This document shows, in pieces, positions 45,198 to 54,800 of a DNA stretch of 64,000 bases. The notes under the pieces were generated by a model. It had not been told where the DNA came from. It saw only the letters and a list, made by a program, of their open reading frames with translations, and made no database searches. A program made the position numbers and the translations under genes. The stretch comes from Myxococcota bacterium. GTDB taxonomy: Bacteria; Myxococcota_A; UBA9160; SMWR01. Each line of letters starts with the position of its first letter. Position 1 is the first letter of the stretch. Where the stretch lies: the NCBI GenBank assembly GCA_035541475.1, contig DATKND010000054.1, positions 4,069 to 68,068 on the forward strand. The letters are read 5' to 3'.

Positions 45198-46876
45198 GGT
45201 TCTTCGGAAGCGTTGCCCCGATCACGCGGAACGAAATCGCGCGCGAGGGCGTGGCGGCCCTCTCCCTCGCGTCGATGAACGTGCCCCAGGTGCTCGGCTA
45301 TACGCGCATCGCGGGCACGCCGCTCGTCACGGGGCTCTACACCGCACTGTTTCCTGTGCTGGCGTTCGCGCTCCTCGGCTCGTCGCGACACCTGGTGGTC
45401 GCGGCCGACTCGGCGACCGCGGCGCTGCTGTTCGGGTCGCTCTCTCACATCGCCGAGCCCGAGACTCCCCGGTACATGGCGCTGGTGGAGATCGTGGCGC
45501 TCTGGACCGCCGGTCTCCTGCTCGTCGCGCGGATCTTCCGGCTGGGATTCCTGGCGGACTTCCTCTCGCGCACCGTGCTGGTGGGCTTCCTCACCGGAGT
45601 CGGATTCCAGGTGGCCATCGCGATGCTCGGTGGAATGTCCGGCATCGCGTTCCGATCGTCGCGCACGGTCGCGCAGCTCGCGGAGCTGCTGCCCGCCCTC
45701 CCGCGGCTCCAGGCTCCGACGCCTGCGCTCTCCGCATTCGTCGCGGCCAGCATCCTCCTCGGTCGACGCCTGGTCCCGCGCTTTCCCGTCGCGCTGCTCG
45801 TGGTGGCCGGAACGATCTTCGCGAGCGCCGTCTTCGACCTCGGCGCCCGCGGCATCGCGGTCGTCGGCCCGGTACCGGGAGGCCTCCCGTCGTTCGTGCT
45901 GCCGAGCGCGACCTGGCACGATTGCTTCGCCGTCCTGCCGGTCGCGGCCTCGTGCTTCGTGATCATCATCGCGCAGAGCGCCGCGACGTCCCGCGCCTTT
46001 GCAGCCCGACACCAGGAGCGGGTCGACGAGGATGCCGACATCCTCGGGCTCTCGGTCGCGAATGCGGCGGCTGCCTTGAGCGGAGCCTTCGTCGTCAACG
46101 GCAGCCCGACGCAGACGGCGATGGCCGAGCGCGCGGGAGCGCGGAGCCAGCTCGCTCAGATCTTCTTCGCGGGCATCGTGCTGGTGGTGTTGCTCCTCCT
46201 GACGGGCGTGCTCGAGCATCTGCCGCGCTGCGTGCTCGCGAGCATCGTCTTCACAATCGCGGTGGGCATGATCGACTTGTCCGCGCTCCGGAGCATCCGT
46301 CGGGAGAGCCCGGGCGAGTTCCGCCTCGCGATGTTCACCGCGGCCGCGGTGATCGGGATGGGCGTCGAGGTCGGCGTCCTGCTGGCGATCGGTCTCTCAC
46401 TCCTTCGGCACGTGCGCCACAGCTATCGCCCGCACACGTCGATCGTCGTCTGGGACGACGCAGGACGGGCGAACCCCTTGGCCGTCGCTCCCGGCAGCGT
46501 GTCCGAGCCGGGGTTGATCGTCTACCGCTTCGGCGCCGATCTCTTCTACGCGAACGAAGCGCGTTTCGTCGACGAGCTGCGCGCCCTCGTGGAGCATGCG
46601 CCCGAGCCGGTGCGCTGGGTCGTCGTCGACGCGAGCGCGATCACCAACATCGACTACTCGGCCGCAGGGTCGGTCCGCGAGCTGATCGCCGACCTCTCGC
46701 AGCGAGGCGTCGGTCTCGTGTTCGGGCGCGTCTCTCCGGGCCTCCGCGCCGACCTCGAGCGCCACCGCGTGGTCGAGGCGCTCGGCGAGCATTGCGTGTT
46801 CGCCACGCTACACGAGGCGGTGGCTCGGGCGCGAGGCGAGGGCGCGTCTCATCCCCCCGCTCGCTTGACGGTGTAG
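45194..46876 (+). CDS. SulP-family anion transporter with a C-terminal STAS domain
   Basis: GTGA overlap with the upstream gene. VPQVLGYTRIAGTPLVTGLYTALFPVLAFALLGSSRHL. STAS region (VYRFGADLFYANE...VVVDASAITNIDYSA). Confidence 0.85.
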   Translation: MRFFGSVAPITRNEIAREGVAALSLASMNVPQVLGYTRIAGTPLVTGLYTALFPVLAFALLGSSRHLVVAADSATAALLFGSLSHIAEPETPRYMALVEIVALWTAGLLLVARIFRLGFLADFLSRTVLVGFLTGVGFQVAIAMLGGMSGIAFRSSRTVAQLAELLPALPRLQAPTPALSAFVAASILLGRRLVPRFPVALLVVAGTIFASAVFDLGARGIAVVGPVPGGLPSFVLPSATWHDCFAVLPVAASCFVIIIAQSAATSRAFAARHQERVDEDADILGLSVANAAAALSGAFVVNGSPTQTAMAERAGARSQLAQIFFAGIVLVVLLLLTGVLEHLPRCVLASIVFTIAVGMIDLSALRSIRRESPGEFRLAMFTAAAVIGMGVEVGVLLAIGLSLLRHVRHSYRPHTSIVVWDDAGRANPLAVAPGSVSEPGLIVYRFGADLFYANEARFVDELRALVEHAPEPVRWVVVDASAITNIDYSAAGSVRELIADLSQRGVGLVFGRVSPGLRADLERHRVVEALGEHCVFATLHEAVARARGEGASHPPARLTV

Positions 46877-47202
46877 CCGCGCGCCTCGAGCTCCGCGACG
46901 AGCAGGTCGCGGTGGTCGCCCTGGATCTCGATCACGCCGTCCTTGACCGAGCCGCCGGTGCCGCAGCGACGCTTCAGCTCGCTCCCGAGCTCGCGCAGCG
47001 CGTCGTCGGCGAGGCCGACGCCCGAGACCGTCGTGACCGTCTTGCCGTTGCGGCCCTTCACCTCGCGCCGCACGCGCACGACGCCGTCGCCGCGCGCCGC
47101 GCGCGGATTCGCCGTGCAGCTGCACTGCGCGACGGGCTTCGCGCAACGCGGGCACATGCGGCCGTGCGAGCTCGAGTAGACGATGCGATCGCGCCCGCTC
47201 AC
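46849..47202 (-). CDS. yciH: SUI1/YciH-family translation initiation factor-like protein
   Basis: GTGA overlap with the upstream gene. RIVYSSSHG...VRVRREVKGRNGKTVTTVSGV...LKRRCGTGGSVKDGVIEIQGDHRD. Confidence 0.8.
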   Translation of the reverse strand: MSGRDRIVYSSSHGRMCPRCAKPVAQCSCTANPRAARGDGVVRVRREVKGRNGKTVTTVSGVGLADDALRELGSELKRRCGTGGSVKDGVIEIQGDHRDLLVAELEARGYTVKRAGG

Positions 47203-47636
47203 GCGGGTCCCCGAGCCGCGTCGCCGATCAGGCGGCGATGCTCGACCATGATGCAGCGGTCCTGCACCACCGCGATGCCCGCCGCCTCGAGCCGCGCGGC
47301 GGAGGCGTCGTCGCGGATTCCCTCCTGGAGCCAGACGACGCGCGGCTTCCACCCGAGCGCCAGGATCTCGTCGGTGTGGGCCGGCAGGTGCGCTGGCGCG
47401 CGGAACACGTCGATCAGATCGGCCGGCGTGTCGAGCTCCGCGAGGCGCGGCACGCAGCGCTCGCCGAGCACCGACTCGAGCTTCGGGCTGACGGGCAGGA
47501 CGCGATAGCCGTGGCGCGTCAGATAGTGCGGCACGCGGTAGGCGTCGTCCTGCTCGCCCGCCTTGATGCCGAGCACCGCGATCGTGCGCGCGGATCCGAG
47601 CAGGCGGCGGAGCCCGGCGTCGTCGTCCACGGGCAT
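47199..47636 (-). CDS. CoA-binding domain protein (YccU/YneT-like)
   Basis: TIAVLGIKAGEQDDAYRVPHYLTRHGYRVLPVSP...DVFR...VWLQEG. Confidence 0.8.
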   Translation of the reverse strand: MPVDDDAGLRRLLGSARTIAVLGIKAGEQDDAYRVPHYLTRHGYRVLPVSPKLESVLGERCVPRLAELDTPADLIDVFRAPAHLPAHTDEILALGWKPRVVWLQEGIRDDASAARLEAAGIAVVQDRCIMVEHRRLIGDAARGPA

Positions 47637-47713
47637 GTCGTTCCTCGAAGAAGGGCTCGAGTGACTCGAGCGCGCCTCGACACCCCCGGAGCCGGCCCCT
47701 ACTGTACCGCGCC

Positions 47714-49081
47714 ATGCAAGCGACCCGGCGCGCGGCGCTGATTTTCCTCGGCGCGTGCTTCGCGCTTGCCAGCCCCGCCGCTCACGCGCTCGACGATCCG
47801 GCCGCGCACACGCGCGTGACGACTCTCGAGAACGGGCTCACCGTGCTGACCCTGGTCGACGACACCACGCCGGTGGTCTCGTTCCAGATGTGGGCGCACG
47901 TCGGCTCGCGCGACGAGACGCGTTATACCGGCCTCGCCCATCTCTTCGAGCACATGATGTTCGGCGGCTCGAAGAACGTCCCGGCCGAGGGACACGCACA
48001 GCTGCTCGGCGCGCGCGGCGGCGAGGTCAACGCGTACACGACGAACGACTACACCGTCTACTTCGACGACGTGACGACCGAGTCCATGCCGCTCGTGATC
48101 GACCTCGAGCACGAGCGCGTCGCGCACCTCGACATCGACGAGCCGACCCTGGCGCGCGAGCGCAAGGTGGTGCTGGAGGAGCGGCGCCTGCGCACCGAGG
48201 ACTCGCCGATGGGGCGCGCCTACGAGAACCTCTTCTCGCTGGTCTTCCAGGCGCTGCCCTATCGATGGCCGGTGATCGGCTGGCGCAGCGACATCGAGAA
48301 GGCCACGGTCGACGTCTGCCGGGGGTTCTTCGACCAGTACTACGTGCCGAACAATCTGGTGCTCGCGATCGTCGGCTCCTTCGACGAGGAGGCCGCGCTC
48401 GACCGCATCCGCCGCACCTTCGGCACGCTGAAGCCCGTGCCGAACATCCCGCGCAGTCCGACCGAGGAGCCGAAGCAGCAGGGCGAGCGTCGCGCGACGG
48501 TGTATTTCGATCTGCGGGCGCCGATCCTGGCGGCCGGATGGCACGCCCCGCCGACGGGACATCCCGACGGAGAGGCGCTCGACGTGCTCTCGACGATCCT
48601 CTCCGAGGGCCGCTCGAGCCGGCTCTACCGCAGCCTCGTCTACGACGCGCAGCAGGCCCTCTCCGCCGAGGGCGGCTACTGGGAGCTCGAGGAGGCCGGC
48701 GTGTTCCTCGCCTTCGCCTCGGTGCGTCCCGACGCCTCCATCGACCGCGTCGAGAAGCTCTTCTTCGACGAGATCGAGCGCCTGAAGCGCGAGCCCCCCA
48801 CCGCGGACGAGCTCGACAAGGCCAAGCGACAGCTCGAGGTGTCGCTAGTCGACGGGCTCGATACGAACCACGAGCTAGCCGAGCGCATCGGCCGCGACTA
48901 CACGACCCTCGGCCGCATCCGCCCGCTCGACGAGCGGCTCGAGCGCATCCGCGCCGTGACCGCGGAGGACGTGCGGCGCGTCGCGCAGACCTATCTGGTG
49001 AAGGACCAGCGAAGCGTCGTGCACATCGTGCCGGCGCCGAAGGGCGTCCCGCCCGCCGGCGCGGGCGAGAGCACACCGTGA
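47714..49081 (+). CDS. M16 (pitrilysin-family) zinc peptidase, active-site subunit
   Basis: Signal peptide. Inverted zinc motif GLAHLFEHMMFGG (HxxEH). Confidence 0.85.
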   Translation: MQATRRAALIFLGACFALASPAAHALDDPAAHTRVTTLENGLTVLTLVDDTTPVVSFQMWAHVGSRDETRYTGLAHLFEHMMFGGSKNVPAEGHAQLLGARGGEVNAYTTNDYTVYFDDVTTESMPLVIDLEHERVAHLDIDEPTLARERKVVLEERRLRTEDSPMGRAYENLFSLVFQALPYRWPVIGWRSDIEKATVDVCRGFFDQYYVPNNLVLAIVGSFDEEAALDRIRRTFGTLKPVPNIPRSPTEEPKQQGERRATVYFDLRAPILAAGWHAPPTGHPDGEALDVLSTILSEGRSSRLYRSLVYDAQQALSAEGGYWELEEAGVFLAFASVRPDASIDRVEKLFFDEIERLKREPPTADELDKAKRQLEVSLVDGLDTNHELAERIGRDYTTLGRIRPLDERLERIRAVTAEDVRRVAQTYLVKDQRSVVHIVPAPKGVPPAGAGESTP

Positions 49082-50508
49082 AGCGACGCCTCGCGCTCGG
49101 CATCGCGCTCGTGCAGATCCTCGCCTGCGCGAATGGGCACTGGCCCTTCGCGGAGAAGCCGGCCTGGGAGCTGCCCGCTCCGCCGCCGCCCGAGACGCCG
49201 ATCGTCCCGCCCGGTCACCTTCACCGCGCGGCGCTCGAGAACGGGCTCCACGTGCTGATCCTCGAGGACCCGCGGCTGCCGCGCGTGGTGCTCGGCATGG
49301 CCTTCCGGCGCGGCGAGAGCAGCGTCCCGCCGGAGACCGCAGGGCTCGCCTCCTTCACGGCCGACCTGATGGAGCGCGGCGCCGGCGATCGCGACGCACT
49401 CGCGATGGCCGAAGCGATCGATCACCTCGGCGCGTCGCTCTCGGTGGCCGCCGGCTGGGACTCGCTGACGGTCGTGACGAGCGGCCTCTCGCGCGATCAG
49501 GAGGCGCTGTTCGACCTGCTGGCCGACGTGGTGCTGCGCCCGCGCTTCGACGCGGCCGAGGCGACGCGCGCGCGCGGCGAGTCGCTCGCAGCGCTCGAGC
49601 GCGCGCGCAACGACCCGTCCACCTTGACGAGCCGGTACACCGCGAGCGCGGTCTACGCGGGGCACCGCTTCGGGCTGCCGCTCTCCGGCACTCCGGAGAC
49701 GGTCGCGCGCTTCGACGCTGCCGCCGCGCGCGACTTCCACCGGCGCGTCGCGCTGCCGAACGACGCGATCTTCTTCGCGTCGGGCGACGTGAACGTCGAC
49801 GAGATGCTCGCGAAGGTGCGCGAGCACTTCGGCGACTGGGCGCAGGGCAGCATCGTCGACGTCGGCGCGCCGCCCCCCGCGCCCGCGCCGCCCGCGCGCC
49901 GCATCGTGCTGGTCGATCGCCCCGAGATGGTGCAGGCGCGCATCACGCTCTCGCACGACGGCATCGCGCGCAGCTCACCGGACAGGATCCCGGTGTCGCT
50001 GATGAACTCGGTTCTCGGCGGCAGCGGCTTCTCCTCGCGCCTGATGGAGACCTTGCGGACCTCGTCGGGTCTGACCTACAGCGTGTGGTCGGACTTCGCG
50101 CTGCGGCGGAGCCCCGGCCCCTTCGTGGTCTCGACCTTCACGGTGGTGCCCGAGACGCGCAAGGTGATCGACCTGCTGCTCGCCGAGCTCGCGCGCGGGC
50201 GCGACGAGCCGCCCGGCGAGGACGAGCTCTCGTGGGCGCGCACGCTCGCGATCGGGCAGTTCGCGATGGGTCTCGAGACCTCGACCGCGGTCGTGCAGAG
50301 CCTCGTCGATCTCGACATCTACGACCTGCCCCAGGACTCGCTCGACACGTTCCGCTCGCGCGTGCGCGCGGTGACACCGGCAGACGTCGAACGGGTGGCG
50401 CGCGAGTACCTGCATCCGGACCGCGCGGCCGTCATCGTGGTGGGACCCGCGAAGGACATCGCGCCGCAGCTCGAAGGGCTCGGCAAGGTGGAGATCGTGA
50501 AGCCGTAG
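49078..50508 (+). CDS. M16-family peptidase, non-catalytic-type partner
   Basis: GTGA overlap. Lipobox-like VQILAC. M16 fold length, but no HxxEH (FTADLMERGAG). Confidence 0.8.
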   Translation: MKRRLALGIALVQILACANGHWPFAEKPAWELPAPPPPETPIVPPGHLHRAALENGLHVLILEDPRLPRVVLGMAFRRGESSVPPETAGLASFTADLMERGAGDRDALAMAEAIDHLGASLSVAAGWDSLTVVTSGLSRDQEALFDLLADVVLRPRFDAAEATRARGESLAALERARNDPSTLTSRYTASAVYAGHRFGLPLSGTPETVARFDAAAARDFHRRVALPNDAIFFASGDVNVDEMLAKVREHFGDWAQGSIVDVGAPPPAPAPPARRIVLVDRPEMVQARITLSHDGIARSSPDRIPVSLMNSVLGGSGFSSRLMETLRTSSGLTYSVWSDFALRRSPGPFVVSTFTVVPETRKVIDLLLAELARGRDEPPGEDELSWARTLAIGQFAMGLETSTAVVQSLVDLDIYDLPQDSLDTFRSRVRAVTPADVERVAREYLHPDRAAVIVVGPAKDIAPQLEGLGKVEIVKP

Positions 50509-50549
50509 TCTGTTCGGGAACGCTGGAGATACGGCCAGACACTTGCTCC

Positions 50550-51737
50550 TCATCCCGCGGCGTCGCTGGCGCTGTCGGGACTCGACACGGGCCGCGGCAC
50601 CACGTCGATTCGGACGGGCGGTGTCAGCTCCTCGCGGCCGCCCGCGCCGAGCTCGCGCAGCTTGCGCGCCTGCGGCAGCACGCGCGACTCGAAGGAGCCG
50701 ACCGCCGTGTTGAAGTGCGCGACGGAGCGCTCGAGCGCGCCGCCGAGACGGCCGAGGTGCCCCGTCAGTCCCACGAGCCGATGCTCCATCTCGCGGGCGA
50801 GCTCGAGGACCTGGCGCGCGCCGTCGGCGAGACGCTGCTCGCGCCAGCCGTGCGCGACCGCGGCGAGCAGCGCGTAGAGCGTCGCCGGCGTCGCGACCAC
50901 GACGCCGCGCGCGAGCGCATCGGCGACGAGCGCGCTGTCGTGCTCGACGGCGGCGCCGAGGAAGCCCTCGTGCGGCAGGAAGAGCACCACGAACTCGGGG
51001 CTGCGCTCGAGCCGCTCGGCGTAGCCGCGCCCGGCGAGCGCCTCGACGTGGCGCTTCACGTGACCCGCGTGGCGCGCGAGCGCCCGCTCGCGCTCTTCGG
51101 GCCCCTTTGCCTCCACCGCCTCGAGGTAGGCGTCGAGCGGCGCCTTCGCGTCGACCGCGATTTCGCGGCCGCCCGGCAGCCGCACCAGCAGATCGGGCCG
51201 CGCGGCGCCGGCGCCCGCGCCGAGCGAGACCTGCTCGGCGAAGTCGCAGTGCGCGGACAGCCCCGCGAGCTCGACGGTGCGCCGCAACGTCAGCTCGCCC
51301 CAGCGGCCGCGCGAGCCCGGCGCGCGCAGCGCGTGCGCGAGGTCGGAGGTCTGCGCTGCGAGCGCGCGCAGCTGCTCGCTCATCTGACCGCCGTGCAGCG
51401 CGCGCAGCCGCTCGACCTCCTGAGCCTCGCGCTGGTAGTGCGCGAGCGCGTCGCGGAGCGGTGTCACCACGTCCTCGATCGACTGGCGCCGCCCGCTCCA
51501 GTCCGCGGTCGAGGCGTCCTGGAGCGCGCGGAAGCGCTCGGCCGCGAGCGCGAGGAAGCCCTCGTTGTTCTGGCGCAGCGCCTCCGCCGCGACGGCCTGG
51601 AAGGCGTCGCGCAGCGCGTGCCGTCGTCGCGCGGCGAGCCACACCGCCGTGGCGCTCGTCGCGACCACCGCGACAGCCAGCCCGATGAAGAGGGCCGGAA
51701 ATCCCCCGGCCGCGATCTCCGTCCAGAGCGTCTGCAT
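50550..51737 (-). CDS. rmuC: DNA recombination protein RmuC
   Basis: ATG 51737 with GGGAGGA 6 nt upstream. N-terminal TM helix, a coiled region, then RGRWGELTLRR..., RPDLLVRLPGGREIAVDAKAP, FVVLFLPHEGF. Confidence 0.85.
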   Translation of the reverse strand: MQTLWTEIAAGGFPALFIGLAVAVVATSATAVWLAARRRHALRDAFQAVAAEALRQNNEGFLALAAERFRALQDASTADWSGRRQSIEDVVTPLRDALAHYQREAQEVERLRALHGGQMSEQLRALAAQTSDLAHALRAPGSRGRWGELTLRRTVELAGLSAHCDFAEQVSLGAGAGAARPDLLVRLPGGREIAVDAKAPLDAYLEAVEAKGPEERERALARHAGHVKRHVEALAGRGYAERLERSPEFVVLFLPHEGFLGAAVEHDSALVADALARGVVVATPATLYALLAAVAHGWREQRLADGARQVLELAREMEHRLVGLTGHLGRLGGALERSVAHFNTAVGSFESRVLPQARKLRELGAGGREELTPPVRIDVVPRPVSSPDSASDAAG

Positions 51738-51807
51738 GGCGAATCCTCCCCGAGATGTCCGGCGGAGAGGATCGGGCGGGGGTGTGACAGATCCGGTCAC
51801 AGAGGCG

Positions 51808-51867
51808 GGGCGAGGCAGAGGCCCCGAAGAGGAACCCATGGCCGCCGCAGGGGCCTCTGCCTCGCCC
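51808..51867 (-). terminator. Perfect 18-bp inverted repeat, probable operon terminator hairpin
   Basis: GGGCGAGGCAGAGGCCCC (51808..51825) pairs with GGGGCCTCTGCCTCGCCC (51850..51867), with a 24-nt loop. It begins 17 nt after the CoA-transferase stop. No U tract. Confidence 0.5.
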
Positions 51868-51884
51868 AGCCCGGTGGTCCGCCC

Positions 51885-53111
51885 TCAGAGGATCGCGCCG
51901 CTCTCCTTGGCGCGGAGGATGTCGTCCCACTCGAGCCCGAGACCGAGCAGCACCTCTTCGGTGTGCTGACCGTGCTCGGGCGCGGCGCCGATCTGCGGCA
52001 CCTGCTCGTCGAATTGCACCGGCGCCGCCACGAGCTGACACGTCGAGCCGTTCGCGAGTTCCACGTCGGCGAGATATCCGTTCGCGATCGCCTGGGGATC
52101 GTCGTAGAGCTCGCCGGGGTACTGCACCGGCGCCCACACGCCGTCGGTCGTGGCGAGCTTCTTCTTCCAGATCTCGAGGTTGTGCTCCGCGAAGATCGCG
52201 TCGAGCGTCCGCACGCACTCGGCCTTGTTCGCCGCGCGCGCGGCGGCATTCGCGAAGCGCGGGTCGTCGATCAGGTCCTCGCGCCCGAGGTGACGGCAGA
52301 GGTCGGGCCAGTTGCGGTCCGATTGCAGCATCACAAGCATGATCCAGCGTTTGTCCTTCGTCGGATACGCGTTCACGATCGGGTTCGGCGCCTGCGTCCG
52401 GTCCATCTTCGGCATGCCCTTGCCGAGGCCGAGCGCCGCGAGCGCGCGCGCCATCGTGATGTCGGCCGAGATGTTCCACATTGCCGTGGAGAGCAGCGAG
52501 ATGTCGACGACGGATCCGACTCCCGTGCGCTCGCGGCGGAAGAGCGCGGTCGCGATGCCGCCCGCGATCGTCATGCCGCCGATGCTGTCGCCGAAGGCGG
52601 GCCGCTGGCTGACGGGCGGATCCTCGCTGCCCGCGCCGCTGATCGCGGCGCCGATGCCTCCGCGCGCCCAGTAGCTCGCGGCGTCGTAGCCGCCGCGCTC
52701 GGCGTCGGGACCGCGCACGCCCTGGCCGGAGCCGCGCGCGTAGACGATGCGGGAATTCACGCGCCGGATGTCGTCCACGTCGATCGCGAGCCGGCGCCGC
52801 GCGTCCGGCAGGAAGCTGGTCAGGAAGACGTCGCTCTTCGCGGCCAGCTTGTAGAGGAGCTCGCGGCCCGTGTCGGTGCGGATGTCGAGCGCGACGCTCT
52901 TCTTGCCGCGGTTCGGCTGCTCCCACATGAAGTTGAAGCCGCCCTGCGGCAGCAGCCCCGAGGTGACGAGTCCGCGCTGCGGATCGCCCGTCTTCGGGTG
53001 CTCGATCTTGATGACCTCGGCGCCCCAGTCCGCGAGGATCGCGCCCGCGGAAGGCACGAACCACCACTGCGCCACCTCGAGCACCCGGATTCCGTCGAGC
53101 GGTCTCTCCAT
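51885..53111 (-). CDS. Family III CoA-transferase (CaiB/BaiF-like)
   Basis: The preferred ATG 53111 has GGAGG 7 nt upstream; an alternative ATG lies at 53117. MERPLDGIRVLEVAQWWFVPSAGAILADWGAEVIKIE. Confidence 0.85.
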   Translation of the reverse strand: MERPLDGIRVLEVAQWWFVPSAGAILADWGAEVIKIEHPKTGDPQRGLVTSGLLPQGGFNFMWEQPNRGKKSVALDIRTDTGRELLYKLAAKSDVFLTSFLPDARRRLAIDVDDIRRVNSRIVYARGSGQGVRGPDAERGGYDAASYWARGGIGAAISGAGSEDPPVSQRPAFGDSIGGMTIAGGIATALFRRERTGVGSVVDISLLSTAMWNISADITMARALAALGLGKGMPKMDRTQAPNPIVNAYPTKDKRWIMLVMLQSDRNWPDLCRHLGREDLIDDPRFANAAARAANKAECVRTLDAIFAEHNLEIWKKKLATTDGVWAPVQYPGELYDDPQAIANGYLADVELANGSTCQLVAAPVQFDEQVPQIGAAPEHGQHTEEVLLGLGLEWDDILRAKESGAIL

Positions 53112-53131
53112 CGCCATTCCTCCCAGGCTCG

Positions 53132-54799
53132 TCAGCGCGCGGCGCCAGATTCCGAACGGAGTCGCGCGCGGAGATCGACCTTGCGGATCTTGCCCGAGGC
53201 CGTCCTCGGGAAGTCCGTCACGAATTGCAGCTCCTCGGGCCACTTCTGCCGCGCGAGCCCGACTCCGGACAAATGCGCGGTGACCACAGCGAGTGTCACG
53301 GGAGCGACGCCTGGCAGCATGCGCACGATCGCGCACGCGTGCTCGCCGAGGCGCGCGTCGGGCGCGGCCACCACGGCGACCTCGGCGACACCGGGCAGCG
53401 TGTGCAGCGCCTGCTCGATCTCGGCCGCGGAGAGGTTCTCGCCGCCGCGAATGATGATGTCCTTCATCCGGTCGGTGATGGTCAGGAAGCCGCCCTCGTC
53501 GAGTACGCCGACGTCGCCGGTGTGGTACCAGCCCTCGTCGTCGAACGCCGCGGCGGTGAGCGCCGGGTCCGTGTACCCGAGGCAGAGATCCGGGCCGCGC
53601 GAGAGGATCTCTCCGGGCGTGCCGGGCGGTACGTCGGCGCCGCCCTGGTCGACGAGGCGCAGCTCGACGCGAGGACACGCGCGCCCGTCGGTGCGGTGGC
53701 GGCGGTCCGCCAGATCCTCGAAGGTGCAGCCCGTCGTCGACGGATGCTCCGTCGATCCGTACGAGCGGATCAGGGTGATGCCGTGCGAGGCCGCCCGCTC
53801 GGCGAGCGCGATCGGCACGGGCGCGCCGCCGAGCCCGATCCGGCGCATCAGCGCGGCGTGCGCGGGCGTGAAGTCCGGGTGATCGAGCAGGCTCGCGAGG
53901 AAGACCGAGGCGCCGCTGCCCGAGCCGATGCGCGCCTCGAGCATCACCTCGAGCGCGTGCGCCGGATCCCAGCGGTCGATCAGGTGGATGTCCCCGCCCG
54001 TCGCGAGCGGACCGAGCACCGCGCCGAGCATCCCCGTCGCATGCGTGACCGGCGAGCCGATCAGATTCGGCTTGCCGGGCGTCATCCAGCTCTTCATGTG
54101 GCGGAGCTCGGCGAGCATCGTGCGGTGATCGTGGATCACGCCCTTCGGATCCGCGGTGGTGCCGGAGGTGTAGGCGAGCACCGCGACCTCGTCGGGCTCC
54201 ACGACCGGGAGATCGGTCGCTGGTGTCCGCTGCGCACACGCCGACCAGCCGATGCGCGTGACGCCGTGGGGGATCGGAGGCGCTTCACGGTCTTCTCCGA
54301 TCACGACGTGCAGCCGGAGCGAGCGCGGAGCCGCGGTCGCGACGATCGCGTCGTAGTCGACATGGCCGTACGCGGGCGGCGAGATGTAGGCCACCGCGCC
54401 GCTCTGCTCGAGGATGAAGCCGACCTCCTTGCGGCCGTAGATGTGGACGATCGGCACCAGCACGTAGCCGCCGAGGGCCAGCGCCGCGAACGACACCACG
54501 GCCTCGCGCCAGTTAGGGAGCTGGAAGGCGACGGCCTCGCCGGGCTGCACGCCCATCTCGCGCAGCAGCGCGACCAATCGCCGCGCCTCGGCGTCGACGT
54601 CCGCATAGCGACCCCGCCAGCCGCGCGAGCGCGACCACACGGCGATCGTCGCATCGGGATGCGCGGCGAGCCGGCGAGCGACCATCGCGCCCAGGGTGTC
54701 GTGGATCCACCACCCGGTGTCGACGTACGCCTTCTCGAGGTCGGGCGGGACCCGGCGCACGCGGAAGCGACCGGCCGCGCGATCCCGATCGACGCGCAT
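53132..54799 (-). CDS. AMP-dependent acyl-CoA synthetase/ligase
   Basis: LAYTSGTTADPKGV, YGSTE, GWYHTGD, and the ASGKIRK C-terminal motif. Confidence 0.85.
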   Translation of the reverse strand: MRVDRDRAAGRFRVRRVPPDLEKAYVDTGWWIHDTLGAMVARRLAAHPDATIAVWSRSRGWRGRYADVDAEARRLVALLREMGVQPGEAVAFQLPNWREAVVSFAALALGGYVLVPIVHIYGRKEVGFILEQSGAVAYISPPAYGHVDYDAIVATAAPRSLRLHVVIGEDREAPPIPHGVTRIGWSACAQRTPATDLPVVEPDEVAVLAYTSGTTADPKGVIHDHRTMLAELRHMKSWMTPGKPNLIGSPVTHATGMLGAVLGPLATGGDIHLIDRWDPAHALEVMLEARIGSGSGASVFLASLLDHPDFTPAHAALMRRIGLGGAPVPIALAERAASHGITLIRSYGSTEHPSTTGCTFEDLADRRHRTDGRACPRVELRLVDQGGADVPPGTPGEILSRGPDLCLGYTDPALTAAAFDDEGWYHTGDVGVLDEGGFLTITDRMKDIIIRGGENLSAAEIEQALHTLPGVAEVAVVAAPDARLGEHACAIVRMLPGVAPVTLAVVTAHLSGVGLARQKWPEELQFVTDFPRTASGKIRKVDLRARLRSESGAAR

Positions 54800-54800
54800 G

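Noticed and set aside
45912-45928. TGGCACGATTGC, a sigma-54-like string
   Set aside because: The GG-to-GC spacing is far too short, and it lies inside the SulP coding region.
46849-46876. 28-nt convergent overlap of the SulP and yciH 3' ends
   Set aside because: It is plausible in a compact genome and depends on unverified C-termini. There is no further signal.
50085-53882. 1265-aa plus-strand ORF, the longest in the track
   Set aside because: It is antisense to RmuC, the CoA-transferase and an acyl-CoA synthetase, all of which have clear motifs. Its composition is dominated by Arg/Ala/Gly/Glu with no recognisable domain. It is a typical high-GC shadow ORF.
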